NCBI GenBank assembly: GCA_051362555.1
Contig: CM120647.1
Coordinates: 11,136,651 to 11,200,650, forward strand
Length of the DNA stretch: 64,000 nt
Direction of reading: 5' to 3'
Origin: Lingula anatina
Lineage: Eukaryota > Animalia > Brachiopoda
Within the stretch, counting starts at the first letter, position 1. Each line of letters opens with the position of its first letter. Of this stretch, positions 56,002 to 64,000 are shown one piece after another. Both the position numbers and the translations under genes were made by a program. The notes beneath the pieces are model-generated. The model was not told where the DNA came from and did no database searches. It saw nothing but the letters and a program-made list of their open reading frames with translations.

Positions 56002-59000
56002 ATTTTTTTATTCTATTTTGCCTAGGTCATAGAGATCATCGGAGAAGTTGCAGTGGAAGGTGTTCAGGGGTTGGAACACAATGATTCTCTTTGCTTTGAA
56101 TCTGGTACTACTGATTATGATTTATTAGATTTATATCCACTTAACTATTAATTTGCATTTTTATGAAGTGGTACGTGTACAGTATATCATAGAGTTTGAT
56201 ATTAATAAAATTTGAGTAAATGTTTTAATAACTGATATATATATTTTTTTTATTCAAGATCAGTGTGAGTTGAGCACAGAAATTCCATGTGACCCAGGTA
56301 ATAATAAGATAAATACCATTTATTGTTTAAAATAGCATGTTTTGAATAAAAATGATATGAAGGGAATGATTATGTCACACTAAGGAGAAATAATGAATTT
56401 ATAAGCCATATCTATTTTGTATGTTTTGTAATGTTTTTTTTTTTTTTTTTTTTTTAATTCAGAAGAAGGTACAAGCTTTGAGACATCAAGTCCAATTTTT
56501 GGTATGTGTATAATTCTATTTCTTTTTCCTTTATGAAATGTATTTGTGTCCTTAATTAAATCTGCTTTTACTACTTGTTGCAAATAAAAACTTCTAGAAA
56601 ATGTAAAAATTGTAAGGAAACTTTTCAGTAAAATCTAAAACAATTTTCAATTTTGATTTCTTTGTTTGCAGAAAGAGTTGAGGCATCAGCCAGATCGCCA
56701 TGCAGACCATCCAGAAGAACAGTGCAAAGTAAGTTAATATTGTAAATATTTACTTTTTAAAAAAAAAAAAGGGGTATCCTAACTTACATTTAGCTTTCAA
56801 CAATCTTTTTACATTTTAGTCAACCTTTAAATTTGTTAATTATCCCTAGGTCATAAATAGAACAAAATATAATTTAGAAAGTTCCAATACTAGTGTCACG
56901 AAAAATGTATAATGTTACATTGTATTAAATTTTTAGTTATTTTTTTACAGGCAAGAAGAGAACAAGCACAGGTAATATTCTCAAAGTTTTAAAGTTCTTA
57001 TCATAAATTTCTTCACTAATTAATAATATATTTTAACACTCATATGTTTTTAAAAATAATTGTATTTCCTAAACAACCATAATGTTTCAATTTTTTTAGA
57101 TCCAACAACAGGCCTTTACAAAATAGAAGAAGAAAGACTGCAGATTGAAAAAAAAAAGATTAAAGATTGAAGAAGAGAGATTAGAAGTGGAGAGAGAAAA
57201 AGTGATAGTTCTGAAGCAGATAATGCAGTATTATTCACTGAAAGCAGAACACCAGAAATTAAATGCATTGTTATATAGTGAAAGTTCACCTTTATTGTAA
57301 AAATTTTTTTTTTTACCATTCACTTAGCAATTATAATTATAATTATGCAAAATATTTGTACTATTTACTTACTTGTTCAACATTACTGTTTAACCATTTT
57401 ACTGTTTTCTTAATTGTTCAACATTACTGTTTAACCATTTTACTGTTTACTTAATTATTCAACATTACTGTTAAACCATTGTACTGTTTACTCAATTGTT
57501 CACCTTTACTGTTAAACCATTTAACTATTTACTTAATTATTCAACATTACTGTTAAACCATTGTACTGTTTACTTACTTGTTCATCATTACTGTTAAACA
57601 ATTGCACTATTTACATATGAAATATTCAAATAAGCGTTTACCATTATTGATCTCCATGTTAAAATGTAAAAATTAATTTTTTTTTTCAATTATTATTCTA
57701 TATACAGTGAATGGTTCATGTGAATAAGCCAACTTGAACGTTATTTTCCCAGAACAACCATTGTATTAAATGCATTTGAAGGTTTCAATTATAAAATATG
57801 TAAATTTTACATGAAGATTGTTTTTTCATATGTTAATGCCAAATTTGAGCAACTACAATGCACAAATTTTTACATAAATAAAATTATAAAACCATATATT
57901 TTATTGTTCTTGTCCATATATAAATTACTGACAAGGCAAAAAAAGAAAAACAAATGCAAATACATTGATACATTTTTAAAATGTTACAACAGCATTTGTC
58001 TCACAAAGTTGTGTGTAATAAAATTGACTACATTACATGCCGTGGGGAATCAATAAATAATAATTGACCAGTAGTGGGTAATGCATAATTCTTAACTGTC
58101 CAAGAGAGGTATAAGGTTTCTGAATGGGATGAGGTTCAATTGTTGAAAACATTCCTGATGAGATATTCTCTGGTCTCATGGCCAGTTCTGAGCATTGGTC
58201 CCACAAATGCATCATTGTTCACATTATCATTCCTGTCATCATCTACGTCATCTTCCACTGGTGGCATTGGGATGTTATACATTTGACAGAAATTATGAAG
58301 TATACAACACACCATAATTATTTTGCCAGCCCATTCAGGATTGTACATGAGAGTCCCTCCACTTCTATGAAGACACCTAGAGGAATTTGTGTTTGCAATA
58401 GGTGAAATGATAGCAATTATAATAAAGCATACAAAGGTGTTTCAAATTGCAACAAATTTGCTGGCTTATTCCTTAATTTAAAAGTAATATTTTTATGTCA
58501 TCAGAAGTATTCTATTTATTCTGCATTCTATTTTTTTTATTTAAATATTCTTAAATCTCACTGCACATTTTATTTTTGAAATAACCATCATATATGAAAG
58601 TATATGCTCCAACCATTAACAATAAAGGTTAAAAACAAACAATTTTTAAATATTTTAAATAACCAATTTTATTAAATATTTAGTACCTGAAACGAGATTT
58701 TGTAACACCAAAACACTGTTCTATACAGCTTCTGGTCTTCATATGGGAAGCATTGTATCTTTCCTCTGCCCTACTTGCTGGGTTGCCCTTTGGTGTCATC
58801 AAAAAGGGAGATAGGGCATAGCCACTATCCCCCAGCAAATAGCCCTGCGGCATATCTCCACTTAACAGCTTTTCAAATAGCATGCTGTTGTTGAAAACAA
58901 ATGAGTCATGGGCACTCCCTGGCCATCTTGCTACAACATTGGTAAATCTGAAATAATTGGAAAAAAAATCACAACACTGAAAAGTACTTGGTATGTGCTA

Positions 59001-60660
59001 ATGGCATGACGTGATGAAATGCTAAATTAAATAAAAAATTAATTATTTTTATAACATCCATAAATCATATTGTATTGATCAATTTCTCAGCCTACTGTAA
59101 TAAAAACAAAATTAGTAGTTAATACCACTTTGTTCTTATACGTAATGATGGTACTGTAGTGGGGGATTTAGAGGGGGGCAGGGGTCTCCCCCCCCCCCCC
59201 CGGCCCCCTATTGAAATTAAAATTTTGACTAGCTGATTCATAGTTATAAATCATATGGCATCGTTTGGCATATGAAATACCAAACATTTTATGGCCCCTT
59301 TACTGAGCCCCGAACAGCACGCCAAGTTGGGGGGGGGGGGGGGGGGTAGGGGGGTCAGCTTTGCACCCGAGGACCTCCCTAAAAATAATCTACCCCTGCA
59401 TCTAAATGTTCCAGAATAATATCTAACATTCTCCTTTATTTAGCATAATTAGTCATCGTCATTATAACTAAATAAAGTGATTGCGACAGTTGTGATTGCG
59501 ATAGTAGCGTATGTGTAAAATGTAAACAATATAACGAAAGTAGCGCACTTACCTTAGTGTAGAATCACACACGGCTTGTACATTCAGAGCATGATAGCCC
59601 TTGCGGCAAACATATAAATTTTCATCTCTATGTGGCGCTGCTATGGGAACTAATGTTCCGTCTATCGCCCCAATGACATTTGGGAATCCGTCGATAAGGT
59701 GAAAGCCACCCTTCACGGCTCTGACCTCGGCTTGTGTTGTGGGGAATCTGATGGTGAGGGCAGGGTCTCTGCTCTCTAAGATGGCTCCCACCACATTGTG
59801 GACTGAACGGGACACAGAGGCAGCAGAGATCCGTAGGCTGTCGCCAATCACCGCCTGAAAACTACCGGTCGCAAGCACGCCAAGGCAGGCAAGAACTTGT
59901 GTGGTGGGGGAGAGTGCTTGGGACCTTGCTGTTTTACGCCGCAGCTGGCCTTCAATCTTCTCCGTCAGCAACCTAATGCCCCTCTTCGACAGCCTGTACC
60001 TCCTCAGTACTCCCCTCTCTGTCTGCTCTTCTAAGACATCACGCCGCGGCATGTAAATCCGCCTACTTTCGTTTCGCACGACAAGAAAAGCTGCAGCCAT
60101 TGCGCTAGGTGAACGCCAAGTTACGCATGCGCAAAGACTTAGCGACAGGGTCGGAGCTGTACCAAATATCTTGCGTAAATAGCGCATTATTTTGCGCAAT
60201 ATTACATTGCGAAACGTTCGTGAAAGGGTCTGTTCGCAAAAAAGGACTTTGCGCAATTGCGCAAACTGCGAAACGTTTCGTGAAAGCCGGCCCTGGAGTC
60301 AAGGTTGATAAAATAGCAGTAAACAAAAAATAGCGAGTTTTAACTCTAAATAAAAACATTAAGTGTGGACAATCACTTGGCAATTGATTTAACCCAACCC
60401 TAATTATAATGTCAAAATAGAAGTATTAGAAAATGAAGATAATATTTTAAAATTATAAAATTTGCCTGCTTAAGTCAGAGAATCACCATGAAAAAACTGA
60501 CTTTCTGATTTAAATCAGGCATAATCAATGCTGTTTTCCATGTTTTACCTGTCTGTGCTGGCTCAAATGACTTTATTTCCACTCTGCAACCTCCTCTTGT
60601 TATAGTCTCTTTTTTATTGCACTTCTTGTAGCTACAAAGATAGCTTGTTTTCTCTGCCAT
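51213..60660 (-). CDS. NAD-dependent sirtuin, class IV (SIRT6/SIRT7-like); 391 aa, 7 coding exons
   Basis: Exons 60660-60549, 54699-54433, 53940-53854, 53064-52929, 52616-52436, 52160-51967, 51411-51213 join in frame. Motifs FTGAGISTSAGIGDFRG, PTYTH, SQNTDGLH, ELHGN, CEDC, FGDNL, LGTTL, LVICNRQPTP.D, GDCD. Assignment of the first exon rests on phase compatibility across the transposon-containing intron. Confidence 0.88.
52847..52981. repeat. 70-bp-period tandem duplication of a sirtuin exon 3' end plus its splice donor
   Basis: ATTACCTGTGCAATCC.TC.GTATTTTGACTTATCACATATTTCAGTATTCCCATCTT occurs twice, 70 bp apart. Confidence 0.9.
55249..57300 (+). CDS. Harbinger Myb/SANT-like DNA-binding protein (NAIF1/MSANTD-like), 8 exons, apparent +1 frameshift in the last exon
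   Basis: Exons 55249-55412, 55736-55898, 56026-56104, 56259-56297, 56463-56501, 56672-56728, 56951-56971, 57100-57300. Motifs KKRSRFSDEE, KEEIWKKI, EVRKKWYD, RRTGGGP. As written it stops at TGA 57168-57170 (210 aa); removing one A from the A10 run 57148-57157 gives 253 aa. Confidence 0.82.
57365..57614. repeat. 41-bp minisatellite, ~6 copies, between the convergent Harbinger genes
   Basis: CAACATTACTG-type cores at 57378, 57419, 57460, 57501, 57542, 57583. Confidence 0.88.
58136..60100 (-). CDS. Harbinger transposase (HARBI1-like, DDE_Tnp_4); 349 aa, 3 exons, intact
   Basis: Exons 60100-59553, 58947-58687, 58376-58136 (1,050 nt). Motifs GFPNVIGAIDGT, CRKGYHALNVQAVCD, RWPGSAHDS, LLGDSGY, IEQCFG, CCILHNF; the D-D-E triad is present. 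Confidence 0.95.
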
Positions 60661-62820
60661 TGTTGTATGTGAGGCAAAGAAGGGATCTGAAGAGAAAAAC
60701 CCTGTTATTTGTTAATGTTCACCACAAGTGTCAACAAGACAGTAGCAAGTCTTCATTCTCAGACAAAAAAAAAATAAAATAAAATAAAATACTAGAACTT
60801 AAATCATTGTCCTGCATTTGTAAACTAGTGGGTAAAACATGATACAAGGGCAATGCCCCCCAAAGACAACCCCAGGAAAGAAAATACATATGAATTATCT
60901 GTATTTGTCATGAGGCATTTATACCTATCTTGAATATTTTATTGAATATGAATATACAATGTAAGAAAGAAGACAGAAAATGAGATACAAGTAAAAACAT
61001 AAGAATTGGCTATTAATTATAAAATTCAGGCAGCCAGCGTATGTGCTTAAACATACCTGATGCATCCTTTAATAAAAAGATACAAATAGAAGCAACTTTT
61101 GTACTATACACTTGCCATTACACGTCATTAAGAGGAAATTCTTTTTGAGAATTAAATGGATCTTTTTAACCACTTAATTAACCAAATTTGGGAAATTATT
61201 TAAAACATAGCTCAAATGTTGCTTCGGAGTGGGAGTTTCCGGCCAAAAGTGTACTGTAGTTCTTTCAAGTCCAATGTGTACACTGTCATTACTACTAGTA
61301 CATGTATTTCACCACTACTACAAATGTAGTATGTTTTCATTCATTTACAGCAGCATTATTAGCTTTATAGCCATTCACTCCAACTTGCTGAGTCAGCAGC
61401 TTAATATAAATAATGTATGGCTACTACTGTAGTATCTCTAATCTATTTTTACAGTACGTATTTACTTAACCATAGCTGCAGACTCAGCAGAAATTACTAT
61501 GGAAAAGATGTACTAGTAGTCCATTAACCTACACTACTGGTATATGCATTTGTTTCTTCTTAATTTGTTCACATCCCAAACATTTCACCTCAACAATAAT
61601 CTACCTGTGTCAGGCCCAAACAGAGGCAAAGGATGTACACTTCCAGTATATGTATATACTGGTCCTTGTACAGTACAATGTACATGCATGTATTTGTAAG
61701 AGGTATACATGTATATGGTGGTGAATCTAACACTAGGTAACATGTCCCTACTAGAACATACAAGGTCAAGCTACACCCCCATCTCTCTCTCTCTCTCTCT
61801 CTCTTTTCCATCAATGGTACAGTACATGTACCGGTATACTACTGTACAAAAATGTACTAGTAGTAGTTACATGTACTGGTATATGTATGGCCGATTTACT
61901 ATACTGTATCTAGAAGTAGAACTCTGAACGGCGCTGAGACAAACTTACCAATATTATTTCAGCGACACTATATTGTCTACAGCACTATCTTACCACTGTC
62001 ACTGCAGCCACACCCATAGTATTAGTATTATTTATACATTTTGACTTGCCGAGTCAGCAGCTGAGTTTAGAAAGTTACGGTAAACTCGCATATAAACAAC
62101 GGGGCTGCAAAACAATTACGAAGATTTATATTTAGCGATCATCCGTCAGTCTGTCGCTATCTATTCATTGGTACAGTGGTAAAATTAAGGTGTGGCACTT
62201 ACTATAAGACAGGGGCGGCGCAGTAACCTAGTTTCATCTTTTTACATCTTCAAATGGGTGCTTCAATCACCGATACTACCGATGTCTGGCCGGAGTTCGC
62301 CAAGATAAGCCAAGCGTTTCATGCACTTTCTCACCTGAGCTGGGTCACTGTCTGCCGTGATCTGAATACTGTCTACGTGTTTACACCTATGGTAATGGCT
62401 CAATCATTTCAACGGGGCAAATTTTTCAATTTTTCAGATACATAATTATGGAATCATTTTGGTGTTTTTACTGTATAGAATAAAACTATTCGGTAGTCTG
62501 CTTTTCAACTGTGTTTCTACCACCCAAAAGGAATGTTCCAATATTAATAATTAATTGCATAAAATTGAAATACAGTACGTATCTGTAAAACTCACAGTTT
62601 TCCCGGTTGACATGATCGAGTCATTACCGACTGTATCCTGATCCAAACGCCTTTCCACATTAGTTTTGGGCACTACCACATTGACACAATCCCTTACCAA
62701 ACATTTCCACTTATATTATATTAAGTTAATTTAAAAGTACTCCCCATCACTCAATTTAACAGACTCAACACTTAATCATCATCATTATACCCACTCAGGA
62801 AAATGATCTCCATTACTTAT

Positions 62821-63030
62821 CAGGGGCGGATCCAGGATTATTCGAAGGGGAGGGTGTCCGTGTTTGACTTCCTATTCAAGTTCAATTGTAACTACCGGTA
62901 TTGGGCGTATCTCTGCTAATTTTGAAGTATTTCAAATTTTATTTTTCACCACAGAATATTGCGACGTTGTAATTTTTGAATTAGCGCAACTCCTTAACCG
63001 TATCGAAAACAAAAAATACGGACACCACTG
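62821..63030. mobile_element. Degenerate dispersed repeat beginning CAGGGGCGGATCCAGGATT, possibly hAT-derived
   Basis: Related starts near 14389, 15716 and 38310 (..CCAGGATT...AAGGGG). Right end weak; no TSD seen. Confidence 0.35.
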
Positions 63031-63312
63031 CCAGTATTGCACTTGACAAGCTCTACAAAATGAGAAGAAAAAAAAAACATAGGGTCCCTCCCAGTGATAA
63101 TGCACCCATTGAACTCAAATTTCCTAAGATCAAAGGAGTCCCTAATTGTAACCCCTCACTATAATACGAGATCTTAGCTAGGTCTGTGTTGTTTTTGAAA
63201 ATTGGCACAAACAAATATATTTTGCGGAAACACGTCATCTTTTAATTGTATTTTCGATTTACATTGCAAAAAAGGGGGCACATGTATACATGTAAAGTTA
63301 CATATTGTGTAT

Positions 63313-63313
63313 T

Positions 63314-63362
<49 letters not shown>
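63313..63362. repeat. (AG)n microsatellite
   Basis: Direct reading. Confidence 0.9.
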
Positions 63363-63364
<2 letters not shown>

Positions 63365-63365
63365 A

Positions 63366-63580
63366 GGCTCTATTCCCATAGATTTTAGATCGATCTATCT
63401 CCGCGGGGAGTCTCACTAGATTACTTTCAGATAATCCGACTTAAATGTCCGTCCCGCCTACTACAAGCTGTAAGAGGGTAATTAACTTTCGTGTCCGCCC
63501 GGCTGACAGCTATTTAGCGTGAACCCCCAGGGAGTTAGTTCGATCTAAAGTAGGTCGATCTAATCTATGGAAATGGGGTG
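63366..63580. mobile_element. ~215-bp MITE (family B, copy 2), opposite orientation to 1661-1874
   Basis: TIRs ATTCCCATAGATTTTAGATCGATCTA ... TAGGTCGATCTAATCTATGGAAAT; TAA on both flanks (63363-63365, 63581-63583); internal sequence is the reverse complement of copy 1. Confidence 0.75.
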
Positions 63581-64000
63581 TAACATCATCCATGTTTGAG
63601 ACGTAAAGAAATGTTTATAACGTAGCACATGTGCAAGCAAGCCCCGATAGAAATGTATTTGAGATGTTTCTTTGACAAGAGTTGGAAAATTTTGTATTTT
63701 AGACTTCATCCAAAGGGGCTATAAAAATCTGTCTTGTGAATTCATTGCGTGATAAGCAGGTCAAGCATCCTCAGTAATTTTTACAGTTCGCCATGGGCTA
63801 AACATGACATATGACAGCATATAAAATTTGAAAAGTGCATGTTATGCGCGGTATTTATAGGCTATTCACTCAGAGATGAGATCAGCAAGGAGACGCGGCG
63901 GTTACTGACAGGCAAGGAGTCGGTAAGTAATACTGTACAATCGACTTCTCAGGGGTAGAAACTACAAAATTTAGCCGTAACTTTAACTAAGGTAAAATTG

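Larger units (their letters stand above)
55015..60292. mobile_element. Autonomous-type PIF/Harbinger DNA transposon (~5.3 kb) inside a sirtuin intron
   Basis: TIR GGCCGGCTTTCACGAAACGTTTCGCAG (27 bp perfect, ~35 bp with one mismatch); flanks CAG / CTG; contains convergent transposase and Myb/SANT genes. Exact ends are uncertain by 1-3 bp because the target is palindromic. Confidence 0.93.

Noticed and set aside
57365-57614. CRISPR-like array
   Set aside because: Head-to-tail units without unique spacers, eukaryotic context, no cas genes.
59157-59398. Nested small TIR element in transposase intron 1
   Set aside because: Only 8/12 terminal match and no TSD; too weak to call.
58136-60100. Domesticated host HARBI1 gene
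   Set aside because: It is enclosed by intact TIRs with the partner Myb gene, so it is a transposon copy.

Overview
AT-rich animal (invertebrate, probably lophotrochozoan-type; inferred, not proven) genomic DNA with spliceosomal GT-AG introns, so most of the supplied ORF track is spurious. I rebuilt exon chains by hand and checked phases. Left to right: (1) the 3' ~1,700 codons of a large extracellular protein with Ca-binding EGF repeats, an unrecognised helical-hairpin/Cys-rich region, a furin site, an Ig domain and a C-terminal chitin-binding CBM14 exon that the ORF track misses; (2) a small secreted coiled-coil plus single Link (Xlink) module gene; (3) a 5.9-kb degenerate interstitial (CCCTAA)n array with higher-order duplications, bracketed by a short inverted repeat and TA dinucleotides; (4) an intronless allatostatin-A/galanin-type GPCR; (5) a big-brain-like aquaporin; (6) a class IV (SIRT6/7-like) sirtuin whose first coding intron holds a nearly intact 5.3-kb Harbinger transposon (intact 349-aa transposase plus a convergent 8-exon Myb/SANT gene). 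Three further non-autonomous TIR families with TWA target duplications are present. No database search was possible: family calls rest on recalled motifs.
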